Below, piece after piece: positions 28,651-37,778 of a stretch of DNA of 64,000 bases. Location of the stretch: positions 115,109-179,108 of the forward strand of contig CAWGXN010000003.1 of assembly GCA_963826605.1 (NCBI GenBank). Direction: 5' to 3'. The stretch's first letter is position 1. Each line of letters starts with the position of its first letter. The stretch comes from an uncultured Alphaproteobacteria bacterium. GTDB lineage: Bacteria > Pseudomonadota > Alphaproteobacteria > MPNO01 > DASWLB01. A program made the position numbers and the translations under genes. Under the pieces are notes generated by a model, which was not told the origin of the DNA, made no database searches, and saw only the letters and a list, made by a program, of their open reading frames with translations.

Positions 28651-29649
28651 ATGAAGTTCGGATTGTTCGGCGGCGCCACGGCCGGGCGCAACACCGCGAC
28701 CGACGACTTGGATTCGTTCCAGAGCTTCGTGGACTTCGTGGTCGAGGCCGACAATGTTGGCCTCACCGGCCTGTTCGTGGTCGAGCACCATTTCACCGGG
28801 TTCGGCCAGGTCTCGGCCACGATGAACCTGCTCACCTACCTCGCCGCCAAGACCAGGAACATCCGCCTCGGCCCCGGCGTGATGGTGCTGCCCTGGCACA
28901 ACCCGGTGCTGCTGGCCGAGCAGGCGGCGACGCTGGACGTGCTGTCGGGCGGCCGGCTCGACATGGGCGTGGGCAAGGGCTACCGCTACAACGAGTTCCA
29001 GCATTTCTGCGTGCCGCTCGACGAGGCGGAGGAGCGTTTCGACGAGACGGTCGGGCTGATGAAGCGCGCCTGGACGTCGGAGGAGCGATTCTCCTACCAC
29101 TCCGACCGCTGGAATTTCGAGGACATCATCGTCGAGCCCGCGCCGGTGCAGAAGCCGCACCCGCCCTTGTGGCTCGCGGCCGGCCGGCCGGAATCGATCC
29201 GCGCCGCGGCGCGCGGCGGCTACAATCTGCTGCTCGACCAGTTCGCGACGTTCGACGTGATCGCCCAGCGCCTTGCCATCTATCGCGACGAGATCGTCAA
29301 GATGGGCAAGATTTTCGACCCGATGACGGTCGGCGTCAGCCGCGCGATCCTGATGGTGCGCAACGCCGAGGAGCGGGCGAAGGCGGTGGAGAACCGGTCG
29401 AAGTCGCTCGCCCGGATGAACGCGTTCGGCCGCTCGCCCGACGGCAAGTACGTCTCGTCGATGACGTCCGACGCCGACCTGGTGCGCGCGACCGAGGAAG
29501 GCGCGCTGATCGGCGAGCCCGACGAGGTGATCGAGCGCATCCGCGGGCTGCAGAACGCGGGGGTCGGCTACATCCTGATGGTCGGGATGGGCACGCGCAT
29601 CCCCGCCCTGCACGCCTTCGCCAAGGAGGTGCTGCCGGCGGTCGCCTGA
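28651..29649 (+). CDS. LLM-class (luciferase-like) flavin-dependent monooxygenase
   Basis: Starts at MKFGLFGG.. (Met55 of ORF 28489..29649). Contains FVVEHHFTGFG, LGPGVMVLPWHNPV, LDVLSGGRLDMGVGKGY and KPHPPLW. Confidence 0.85.
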   Translation: MKFGLFGGATAGRNTATDDLDSFQSFVDFVVEADNVGLTGLFVVEHHFTGFGQVSATMNLLTYLAAKTRNIRLGPGVMVLPWHNPVLLAEQAATLDVLSGGRLDMGVGKGYRYNEFQHFCVPLDEAEERFDETVGLMKRAWTSEERFSYHSDRWNFEDIIVEPAPVQKPHPPLWLAAGRPESIRAAARGGYNLLLDQFATFDVIAQRLAIYRDEIVKMGKIFDPMTVGVSRAILMVRNAEERAKAVENRSKSLARMNAFGRSPDGKYVSSMTSDADLVRATEEGALIGEPDEVIERIRGLQNAGVGYILMVGMGTRIPALHAFAKEVLPAVA

Positions 29650-29674
29650 CGCCGGCGCAGGACCAGCGCGCCCC

Positions 29675-30145
29675 CTACTCCGCCGTCACGTGGTTGCGGA
29701 ATTCGAGCGGGGAGTCGATCTGGTGCAGCGGCTCGAGGCCGGAGCCGGTGCCGCGGACGAAAATGTCGCCGAAATCGAAGATGCGGCCCAGGATCGACTG
29801 GCTGACGTCGACGCTCTCGACCTTGTCCATGTTCATCTCGATCGAGTAGCGGCGGATCAGCCCGCGCTTGTAGATGATCCGCCGGCTGGTGACGGCGAGC
29901 TCGGTCGTCCAGCGCCTGATCCACGCGCCGAGCAGCAGGACGAGGCCCCACAGCGCGATCAGGCCGGCGACGACGGCGATGGCGAGCGGCGGGCAGGTCG
30001 GGCGGCGCGTAGCGCCGTCGCCACCCAATACCCCGCCGCCGCGATCGCGAGCAGGGCGATGCCGCGGCAGGTAGATGAGCCAGTGGATGCGGCTCTTGTA
30101 CCGCAGCTCCTCGCCGGGCTGGAGGACGCGCTCGACGTAGCCCAC
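29675..30145 (-). CDS. Bacterial PH-domain (YdbS/YdbT-like, bPH_2) membrane protein; internal out-of-frame stretch of about 17 codons
   Basis: LQPGEELRYKSRIHWLIYL.. / ..TELAVTSRRIIYKRGLIRRYSIEMNMDKVESVDVSQSILGRIFDFGDIFVRGTG. The expected first TM helix (GIALLAIAAAGYWVATAL) reads in another frame between about 30058 and 30005. Confidence 0.7.
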   Translation of the reverse strand: MGYVERVLQPGEELRYKSRIHWLIYLPRHRPARDRGGGVLGGDGATRRPTCPPLAIAVVAGLIALWGLVLLLGAWIRRWTTELAVTSRRIIYKRGLIRRYSIEMNMDKVESVDVSQSILGRIFDFGDIFVRGTGSGLEPLHQIDSPLEFRNHVTAE

Positions 30146-30157
30146 GCCGCCCGCCCG

Positions 30158-31116
30158 CTACATCTTCAACAGGCGCTTGGCGTTGCCGTTCAGGATCTTC
30201 TCGCGGTCCTCGTGGCCCAGCGGGATGTTCGCCATCCAGTCGGTGCCCGGCTTGTTCATCACGTAGGGCCAGTCGACCGAGAAGATGATCCGGTCGGCGC
30301 CCATCTCCATCACGCTGCACAGCAGCGCCGTGTCGGAGAAGTTGCCGCTGGTCGTGATGTAGAAGTGCTCGCAGAACGGTCGCGGAACGCCATCGGCTTG
30401 CCGCCCGGACGCTTGAACGAATGGTCGATGCGCCACAGCGAGAAGGGCAGCCCCTCGCCCATGTGGCCCAGGATGATCTTCAGGTCCGGATGCTTGTCGA
30501 AGATGCCGGACAGCACCATGCGCACGCCGGCCGTCGCCATCTCGACCGTGTAGCCCCAGCCGGCCGACATGATGCCCGGATAGTCCTTGGCGTAGTCCTT
30601 GTAATAGGCCTCGACGACCGCGGGATGCGGGGTGCCGGGATGCAGATAGATCGGCACGTCCAGCTTCTCGGCCATCTCGAAGATGCCCCAGAACCGCTTG
30701 TCGTCGGGGAACAGCCCGCCGGTCAGCCCGTGGATCATCGCGCCCTTGAAGCCCAGCTTGGTCACGCAGCGCTCGAGCTCGGCGACCGAGGCCTTGGGGT
30801 CGGGCGTCGGCAGGGCGGCGAAGCCCGCGAAGCGCGTCGGGTGCGCCTTCACCGTCTCGGCCAGCATGTTGTTGGTCTGGGTGGCGAGCCGCACCGAGGT
30901 CTCGGGGTCGAGCGTCTGCACGGCGGGCGGGGCGTGCGACAGCACCTGGATGTCGATGCCGCCCTCGTCCATCTCCTTGATGCGGACGTTCGCCATGTCG
31001 TTCAGCCGCTCGACGATCTGCGGCGGCTGGCGGTTGCCGCCCAGCGCCTGGGCCACGGCCGGATCGAAATAATGCTCCTCGATCGCGATCACCTGCGGCT
31101 TGGTCACGGTTGCCAT
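30158..31116 (-). pseudogene. Amidohydrolase_2 family (ACMSD / decarboxylase-hydrolase type); one frameshift near 30380
   Basis: MATVTKPQVIAIEEHYFDP.. and ..ILGHMGEGLPFSLWRIDH are in ORF 30310..31116(-). The C-terminus FCEHFYITTSGNFS..IIFSVDWPY.. is in ORF 30158..30436(-). Confidence 0.8.
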
Positions 31117-31246
31117 CTCATTCCCTCCCGGTACGGATTATCGTGCGCCGATCCTATCAGCGCCCGCGCGCCCCGTCAGCCGCCGCCTTGACCGGCCGCC
31201 GGTGCCGGGTGGTTTGCTGTACCGATCCAACGGCAAGGAGGACGCC

Positions 31247-32288
31247 ATGTACATCCGCAATGCTTGGTACGTCGCGGCCTGGGACCACGAGGTCGGGCGC
31301 GAGATGATGCGCCGCATCCTGCTCGAGGAGCCGGTCGTGCTGTTCCGGCGCGACGACGGCACGCCGGTGGCGCTGGAGGACCGCTGCTGCCACCGCCGCG
31401 CGCCGCTGTCCGAGGGCAAGCTGATCGGCAATATCGTGCAGTGCCCCTATCACGGGCTGCAGTTCGACGAGACCGGCAGCTGCGTGCGCGTGCCGAGCCA
31501 GAAGCAGATCCCGCCCGGCGCGCGGGTCAGCTCCTACCCGGTGGTCGAGCGCAACCACTGGATCTGGATCTGGATGGGCGATCCGGCTATGGCCGACCCG
31601 GACAAGATCGAGGATTTCCACTGGATGGACGATCCGGCCTGGCGCTTCGGCGGCGACCGGCTGCTGCTCGAGGGCAACTACCTGCTGCTGGTCGAGAATC
31701 TGCTCGACACCACCCATCTGCCCTTCATCCACCCGACGACGCTCGGCACCGACGCCTTCGCCGGCTCGGAGGTCGAGACCAGGCGCGAGAAGGACCGCGT
31801 CCACGTCAATCGCTGGCTGCTCGACAGCCCGCCCGCGCCGTTCCACAAGCGCATGGGCGGCTTCCCCGACGGGATGAACGTCGATCGCTGGCAGCTCGCC
31901 AGCTTCGCGCCGCCCGCCTTCGTGAAGCTGAACGTCGGGTCCGGCCCGGTCGGCTCCGGCGTGCGCGAGGGCGACTATTCCAAGGGCGTGAACATGTACA
32001 ATTTGAACGCCATCACGCCCGAGACCGAGCGCACCACGCACTATTTCTGGGCGCAGGCCTACAACTTCAAGCTCGACCAGCGCTGGATCGTCGATCTGGT
32101 GCGCCAGCAGGTGAACACGGCGTTCTCCGAGGACCTCGCCATCATCAAGGCGCAGCAGCGGAACATCGATCTCGGCGACTCGCCCGACCATCGATCTCAA
32201 CCAGGATGCGGGCGGCATCGCCATGCGCCGCATCGTCGAACGGCTGATCGCCGAGGAGCAGGGCACCGCCCGCGCGGCGGCGGAGTAA
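31247..32288 (+). pseudogene. Rieske [2Fe-2S] aromatic oxygenase, VanA/phenoxybenzoate-dioxygenase-like; one frameshift near 32184
   Basis: MYIRNAWYVAAWDHEV.. with the Rieske motif CCHRRAPLS..CPYHGLQF and the non-heme iron region NLLDTTHLPFIHP. AAGGAGG SD. Removing one C from CCC at 32183-32185 gives the tail ..DSPTIDLNQDAGGIAMRRIVERLIAEEQGTARAAAE. Confidence 0.85.
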
Positions 32289-32343
32289 GGGGAGAATATT
32301 TTCCGCTCTCCCCGATGCCAGTTCTCCCGGACCCCGAACCCAC

Positions 32344-32409
32344 TTCGTCATTGCGAGCGAAGCGAAGCAATCCAGGATCGCGTCGTCGCTTCGCTCCTCG
32401 CAATGACGA
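32344..32409. repeat. Palindromic REP-like element, family D (TTCGTCATTGCGAGCGAAGCGAAGCAATCC...)
   Basis: Inverted repeat TTCGTCATTGCGAGCGAAGCGA / TCGCTTCGCTCCTCGCAATGACGAA, between the convergent Rieske and kinase genes. Confidence 0.65.
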
Positions 32410-32429
32410 ACGGATAAATTGGAGATCGT

Positions 32430-33857
32430 CTACGCTTCCGCCGCCGCTTTCCGGCGGGCGGGGGCGGCGACCTGCGGCAATGTGAGGCGGAAGACGGTGC
32501 CGTCGGCGCCGGACGAGGCCAGCTCCAGCTCGCCGCCATGGCCGCGCATCAGCTCGCGAGCGATGGCGAGGCCAAGCCCGGTGCCGCCCTGCCGGGCGGA
32601 GCCGGCGAAAGGCTGGAACAGCCGCTCCTTCGCCCGGGCGGAAAGGCCCGGCCCGTCATCGGCCACCTCGATGGCGACTGTCTCGGGGCCGGCGGCGGCG
32701 GTGACGGCGATGCGGCCCGCGCCGGCCTCGACGGCGTTGCGCACCAGGTTGGCCAGGACGCGGTAGAGCTGGCCCCGGTCGGCGGTGACGGTGAAAGCGG
32801 GGTCGACCGCATTGTCGAGGGTCCGCCCCCGGGCGGCCGCCGACGCGAGCTCGGCGAACAGCTCGTCGACCAGCGGGGCGAGGGCGAAGGTGGCCGGCGA
32901 CGGCCGCTCCGGCGCGCCAGCGGCGAAGCGCAGCGTCTCGGTACACAGCCGGATGGCGCGGTCGATGGCGCCGATCAGCGTCGGCGCGACGCGCTTCACG
33001 CCGGGATCGCTGCTTTCCGACACCGCGTCGGAGACGAGCTGGGCGGTCGCCAGGATGTTGCGCAGATCGTGGTTGATGCGCGCCATCGCCGCGCCCAGCT
33101 CGGCGAGCCGGGCGCGTTCGCGCAGTGCGGCGCGCAGCCCCTCCTGCATGTGGGCGAGCTCGCGCTCGGCGGCGCCGATTTCGTCCGGCCGGTTCGACGG
33201 CACGATCGCCCTGGATGGGTTCTCCGGGTCGTCGCGAAACGCGACCATCGCCGCGGTCATCCGCCGCATCGGCCGCACCAGCAGCCAGTTGAGGCTGAGA
33301 TAGACGAGGCTCGCCGTCACCATCGAGATGAGGATGGAAAGCGCCAGGATGCGCCGGGCATACTCGAGCATCGCTTCGCGCAACGGCTGCTCGTCGATGA
33401 TGGTCTCGACCATGATGTTCGGGTTGCGCGGCGACACGCCCATCACCTGGATCATGCGCTTGCCGGCGCCGGCCAGCGAGTCGAACGCGTCGGCGATCAG
33501 CGTCAGCGGCCCGGCGTCGTGCAGGTCGTACATCCCGTCCACCGGAAACGGCATGTCGCGCGCCAGCACCAGGGCGCGCGACTGCGGCTCGTGCAGCACG
33601 ATCGCGTAGGAATGCGCGCTGGCCAGCAGCTCGCGCCCGACCGGCTGGCTGACCAGATTGTCCGGCGGCCCGGCCAGGGCCAGGCTCGCCAGATAGGCGA
33701 GGGCGATGCGCTCCTCGAGATAGTCGTAGCGGAACCGCGCGATCGACGGCACGAAGATCAGCACCTCGGCCACCATCACGAAGGCCGCGGTCAGCAGCAG
33801 CAGGCGCGCCGAAAGCCCGCGCGGAAGCCCGAACAGCCGCTTCAAGACGCCACCCAT
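32430..33857 (-). CDS. Sensor histidine kinase (two TM segments, HisKA + HATPase_c)
   Basis: Starts at MGGVLKRLFGLPRGLSARLLLLTAAFVMV. H-box ARINHDLRNILA, N-box LANLVRNAVEAG, G-boxes DDGPGL and GTGLGLAI. No adjacent response regulator. Confidence 0.85.
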   Translation of the reverse strand: MGGVLKRLFGLPRGLSARLLLLTAAFVMVAEVLIFVPSIARFRYDYLEERIALAYLASLALAGPPDNLVSQPVGRELLASAHSYAIVLHEPQSRALVLARDMPFPVDGMYDLHDAGPLTLIADAFDSLAGAGKRMIQVMGVSPRNPNIMVETIIDEQPLREAMLEYARRILALSILISMVTASLVYLSLNWLLVRPMRRMTAAMVAFRDDPENPSRAIVPSNRPDEIGAAERELAHMQEGLRAALRERARLAELGAAMARINHDLRNILATAQLVSDAVSESSDPGVKRVAPTLIGAIDRAIRLCTETLRFAAGAPERPSPATFALAPLVDELFAELASAAARGRTLDNAVDPAFTVTADRGQLYRVLANLVRNAVEAGAGRIAVTAAAGPETVAIEVADDGPGLSARAKERLFQPFAGSARQGGTGLGLAIARELMRGHGGELELASSGADGTVFRLTLPQVAAPARRKAAAEA

Positions 33858-33917
33858 GGGCGGACTATAGCGCAAATCGGCCGTGCCCGCGGCGGGGCGA
33901 CGCGCCCGGCGGCCGCA

Positions 33918-33946
33918 TTGACTTGGCCGGACCGCCCCTCTATATA
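33918..33946 (+). promoter_or_regulatory. Sigma70-like promoter of the rpmH operon
   Basis: TTGACT-N17-TATATA, about 40 nt upstream of the GTG at 33988. GGAG lies 7 nt before the start. Confidence 0.6.
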
Positions 33947-33987
33947 CCGGCACCTCGATAATCCCGGCCGCCAACTGGAGTGCCGAA

Positions 33988-34122
33988 GTGAAACGGACCT
34001 ATCAGCCGAGCGTGATCGTGCGCAAGCGGCGCCACGGCTTTCGCGCCCGCATGGCCACGGTCGGCGGCCGCAACGTTGTTGCGAACCGCCGCCGGAAGGG
34101 GCGCAAGCGCCTGTCCGCCTGA
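33988..34122 (+). CDS. rpmH: 50S ribosomal protein L34
   Basis: Hand translation gives (GTG)[44 protein letters not shown]. It is too short for the ORF track. Confidence 0.95.
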   Translation: MKRTYQPSVIVRKRRHGFRARMATVGGRNVVANRRRKGRKRLSA

Positions 34123-34124
34123 GG

Positions 34125-34502
34125 ATGGCCCCGGCCCTCCGCCGCCTCAAGCGCCGGCGCGAATTCCTTGACGCCGCAGCGTCGCGGCGCAAATGGGTAG
34201 CGCCCGGCATGATCGTGCAAATGCGCCCGCACGGAGAGAATGAATTGGCCGCACCTCAAGCCATGTGCGCCGGCCCGCGCGTCGGCTTTACCGTCAGCCG
34301 CCGGGTCGGCAACGCCGTGGTCCGCAACCGGGTGCGGCGGCGCCTGCGCGCGGTGGCCGAGCGCGTGCTGCCCCGGGCCCGGCCGGCGGCCGACTACGTG
34401 CTGATCGGCCGCCAGGGAACGGCCGCGCGGCCATTCGCCGATCTGGTCGCCGACCTGGAAGCCGCGCTCGCCAAGCTCGGCGCGCTGGAGCGCCGCGCAT
34501 GA
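34125..34502 (+). CDS. rnpA: Ribonuclease P protein component
   Basis: MAPALRRLKRRREFLDAAASRRKWVAPGMIVQ..GFTVSRRVGNAVVRNRVRRRLRA.. is the tail of ORF 32538..34502. It lies directly after rpmH. Confidence 0.9.
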   Translation: MAPALRRLKRRREFLDAAASRRKWVAPGMIVQMRPHGENELAAPQAMCAGPRVGFTVSRRVGNAVVRNRVRRRLRAVAERVLPRARPAADYVLIGRQGTAARPFADLVADLEAALAKLGALERRA

Positions 34503-34748
34503 GGGCGCTCGACCGCGCGCTCGCCCTGGTGCTGCGGCTGCCGGTGCTGGCCTGGCGCTACGGGATCGGCCCGGTGATGCCGGCCGCCTGCCGCTACGAG
34601 CCGTCCTGCTCGCGCTACGCCCTCGAGGCGCTGGCCGGGCACGGCGCGGTGCGCGGGACCTGGCTGGCCGCCCGTCGCATCGCGCGCTGCCATCCGTGGG
34701 GCGGCGAAGGGCTACGATCCGGTGCCGCCGGCGGGGCGGCGCCCATGA
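34499..34748 (+). pseudogene. yidD: Membrane protein insertion efficiency factor YidD; a +1 base near 34709 fuses it in frame to yidC
   Basis: MRALDRALALVLRLPVLAWRYGIGPVMPAACRYEPSCSRYALEAL..CHPWGGEG. Deleting one G from GAAGGG restores ..EGYDPVPPAGRRP-TGA, with the stop overlapping the yidC ATG. Confidence 0.8.
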
Positions 34749-36576
34749 TGGACCAGAAGAACCTGATCCTCGCCATCGTCGTTTCGGTGGCGATCCTGCT
34801 CGGCTATCAGCTCCTGGTCGAGCAGCCCAAGATCGCGCGCGAGCAGGCCGAGAAGGCTGCGCACCAGCAGACGACGACCGAGACCGCCAAGGCCCCCGCG
34901 ACCGCGCCCGGCGCGTCCGGCGGGAGCGCGCCGCCCGCCGCCCCCTCGGCCCAGGCTCCCAGCCAGGTGCCCGGCCCGGCCGGCCAGGCGACGACCGCGC
35001 AGCCGGTGCCCCAGGCGCCGACCCGCGCCGCGGCGCTCGCCCGCTCGCCCCGGCTGCTTATCTCGACGCCCGCCATCGACGGCTCGATCGCGCGCGATTC
35101 CGCGCGGATCGACGACGTGCAGCTCCGCCAGTACCACGTGACGACCGACCCGGCGAGCGACGAGATCAAGCTGCTCTCGCCGCCGGGCGCGCCCAACCCC
35201 TATTTCGCCGAGTTCGGCTGGGTCGCCCAGGGCGGCACGCCGAAGCTGCCCGGCCCCGACACGGTGTGGCGGGCGAGCGCCGGGACGCTCACCCCGTCGA
35301 CGCCGGTGACGCTGACCTGGAGCAATGGCGAGGGGCTGTCCTTCGAGCGCGTCATCGCGATCGACGACAACTACATGTTCACCATCACGCAGCGCGTGAA
35401 GAACGACGGGCGGCGCGCCGGTGACGCTGCTGCCCTACGGGCTGATCTCGCGCACCGGGACGCCGCCCAAGTCGGGCACCTACCTGCTGCACGTCGGCGG
35501 GGTGGGCGTGCTGGAGGGCTCGCTGCAGGAGATCGACTACGACGACATGGCGGACCACCCCATCACCGGAACGTCCAAGGGCGGCTGGCTCGGGCTCACC
35601 GACAAGTACTGGCTGGCCGCGCTGATCCCGGCGAAGGACGAGGCGGTGCAGACGCGCTTCACCCACTTCATGCGGGACAAGCTGGACGTCTACCAGGTCG
35701 ACTATCTCGCGCCGGCGCGCACGATCGCGCCCGGCGGCACCTCCGAGCTGACGGAGCGGTTCTTCGCCGGCGCGAAGGAGGTGCACCTGCTCGACATGTA
35801 CGAGAAGAAGCTGGGCATCGACAAGTTCTCCTACGCGGTCGACTGGGGCTGGTTCAACTTCCTGACACGGCCGATCTTCTACGTCCTCGACTACTTCAAG
35901 GGCATCCTGGGCAATTTCGCGCTGGCGATCCTCGCGCTGACGGTGCTGATCAAGCTCGCCTTCTTCCCGCTCGCCAACAAGTCGTACCGCGCGATGAGCC
36001 GGATGAAGACGCTGCAGCCCAAGATGATGGAGCTGCGCGAGCGCTACAAGGACGACAAGGCGCGGCTGAACCAGGAGATGATGGCGCTCTACAAGAAGGA
36101 GAACGCCAACCCGATGGCCGGGTGCCTGCCGCTGGTCATCCAGATCCCGGTGTTCTTCGCGCTCTACAAGGTGCTCTACGTCACCATCGAGATGCGCCAT
36201 GCGCCGTTCTTCGGCTGGGTGCACGACCTGTCGGCGCCCGACCCGACCTCGATCCTCAACCTGTTCGGCCTGTTCCACTGGACCCCGCCGCACGAGCTCG
36301 CCTTCCTCGCCATCGGGGCGTGGCCGGTGATCATGGGCATCACCATGTTCCTGCAGCAGCGCCTGAACCCGGCGCCGCCCGACCCGGTGCAGCAGAAGAT
36401 GTTCATGCTGCTGCCCATCGTGTTCACCTTCATGCTGGCGCACTTCCCGGTCGGGCTGGTGATCTACTGGTCGTGGAACAACACGCTGTCGATCGCCCAG
36501 CAATGGGTGATCATGCGCAGGGCCGGGGTGAAGCGCACGCCCGCCGCCGGCCAAGAAGGCGGCCAAGAAGACGTGA
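34745..36576 (+). pseudogene. yidC: Membrane protein insertase YidC; two frameshifts
   Basis: MMDQKNLILAIVVSVAILLGYQLL.. is in ORF 34265... The core ..NFALAILALTVLIKLAFFPLANKSYRAMSRMKTLQPKMMELRERYKDDK..AGCLPLVIQIPVFFALY.. is in ORF 35421... Frame changes lie near 35410 and 36548. The restored tail is ..AAKKAAKKT-TGA. Confidence 0.9.
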
Positions 36577-37220
36577 CCGCCGGGCCGACCGCGCCCGACG
36601 ACGGCGCGCGCGAGCGCGGCCGGCTGCTCTTCGCCAGGGAATGCGAGTTCGTCGCCGGGGCGGCGAGCCTCGCCGGCCTGCCCGCCGGCGCGCTGCCCGA
36701 GATCGCCTTCGCCGGCCGGTCGAACGTCGGCAAGTCGAGCCTGATCAACGCGCTGACCGGGCGCAACACGCTGGCGCGCACCTCGAACACGCCCGGCCGC
36801 ACGCGTCAGGTCAATTTCTTCCGGCTGGGCGAGGCGATCATGCTGGTCGATCTGCCGGGCTACGGCTACGCCAAGGCGCCCAAGTCCGAGGTGGCGGCAT
36901 GGACGCGGCTGATCGGCGCCTATCTTCGCGGCCGGCCCGAGCTGCGCCGGCTGATGCTGCTGATCGACGCGCGCCACGGGCTCAAGCCGTCCGACCGCGA
37001 CCTGATGGCGATGCTGGACGAGGCGGCGGTGTCCTACCAGGGCGTGCTGACCAAGACCGACAAGTGCCGCGCCGACGCGCTCGACGCCATGGTTGCGGCG
37101 ACGGCGGCCGAGCTCGCCCGTCACGTCGCCGCCCACCCGGTGCTGCACGCGACCAGCGCGCACACCGGCGCCGGGATCGAGGCGCTGCGCGCCGAGATCG
37201 CCGCGCTGGCCGAGGCGTGA
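36573..37220 (+). CDS. engB: Ribosome-biogenesis GTPase EngB/YihA/YsxC
   Basis: The GTG at 36573 overlaps the restored yidC stop. G1 motif GRSNVGKSSLINAL, then DLPGYGYA and TKTDK. Confidence 0.9.
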   Translation: MTAGPTAPDDGARERGRLLFARECEFVAGAASLAGLPAGALPEIAFAGRSNVGKSSLINALTGRNTLARTSNTPGRTRQVNFFRLGEAIMLVDLPGYGYAKAPKSEVAAWTRLIGAYLRGRPELRRLMLLIDARHGLKPSDRDLMAMLDEAAVSYQGVLTKTDKCRADALDAMVAATAAELARHVAAHPVLHATSAHTGAGIEALRAEIAALAEA

Positions 37221-37233
37221 TAGCGTTCCCGCC

Positions 37234-37467
37234 ATGACCGACGAGGTCCGCATCGTGGATGCGCGCGGGCTCCTGTGCCCGCTGCCGGTGCTGCGCGCGC
37301 GCAAGGCGTTGCGCGAGGTCGCGCCGGGCGCCTGCATCGAGTTGCGCGCCACCGACCCGGCGGCGTCGAAGGACGTGCGGGCTTTCTGCGCCGAGACCGG
37401 CCACGCGCTGGAATTGGCGGGCGAGGCGGACGGGCTGCTGAGTTTCGTGATCCGCCGGGCGGGGTAG
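37234..37467 (+). CDS. TusA/SirA-family sulfurtransferase-like protein
   Basis: MTDEVRIVDARGLLCPLPVLRARKAL.. carries the CPxP active-site motif. 77 aa. Confidence 0.8.
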   Translation: MTDEVRIVDARGLLCPLPVLRARKALREVAPGACIELRATDPAASKDVRAFCAETGHALELAGEADGLLSFVIRRAG

Positions 37468-37612
37468 CGCCCACGCCCGGTTCCGATAGAATACGCCCAC
37501 GCGCCGGAAGGGCGCAGCCAGGGGAGCCGGACCATTTCCATCGCGCGGTTCGCGGCGCCAGCCTCAACGGCATGGTCTCCGGGTATCGCGCAACGGCTTG
37601 CCCCCTCCCCAG

Positions 37613-37729
37613 CCCTCCCCCTCAAGGGGGGAGGGGGCGTGCACGGAGGCCCGTGCGCGGGTGTCGGGCAGGGTGCCGCCGGGGGGAAGGCTGCCGCTGC
37701 CAGCGTTCCCTCCCCTTGAGGGGGAGGGA
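37613..37729. repeat. Pair of G/C-rich palindromic REP units, family C (CCCTCCCC-N4-GGGGAGGG)
   Basis: CCCTCCCCC-TCAA-GGGGGGAGGG at 37613-37635 and TCCCTCCCC-TTGA-GGGGGAGGGA at 37707-37729. Related CCCCTCCCC tracts occur at about 6990-7010, 20915-20940 and 44350-44470. Confidence 0.65.
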
Positions 37730-37778
37730 CAGGGTGGGTCCGCAGCCGGGCCCTTCGAGAGGAACGTGGGAACGGAAA

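Noticed and set aside
28249-32288. tRNA-Ala-anchored genomic island
   Set aside because: I saw no integrase, excisionase or transposase, and no direct repeat of the tRNA 3' end. Base composition does not visibly change across the boundary.
32538-34502. 654-aa plus-strand ORF
   Set aside because: The first roughly 1.5 kb is antisense to the histidine kinase and runs through the rpmH promoter and gene in another frame. Only the last 126 codons (rnpA) are real.
34265-37237. A genuine YidD-YidC-EngB polyprotein or novel fusion
   Set aside because: Single-base corrections at homopolymer or GC runs restore canonical C-termini and the ATGA/GTGA overlapping stop-start junctions. The window has many similar indels.
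37613-37729. CRISPR-like array from repeated G/C-rich palindromes
   Set aside because: Only two units are present, they differ in sequence, and they are separated by about 70 bp of GC-rich spacer. No cas genes are present. The units fit REP elements.
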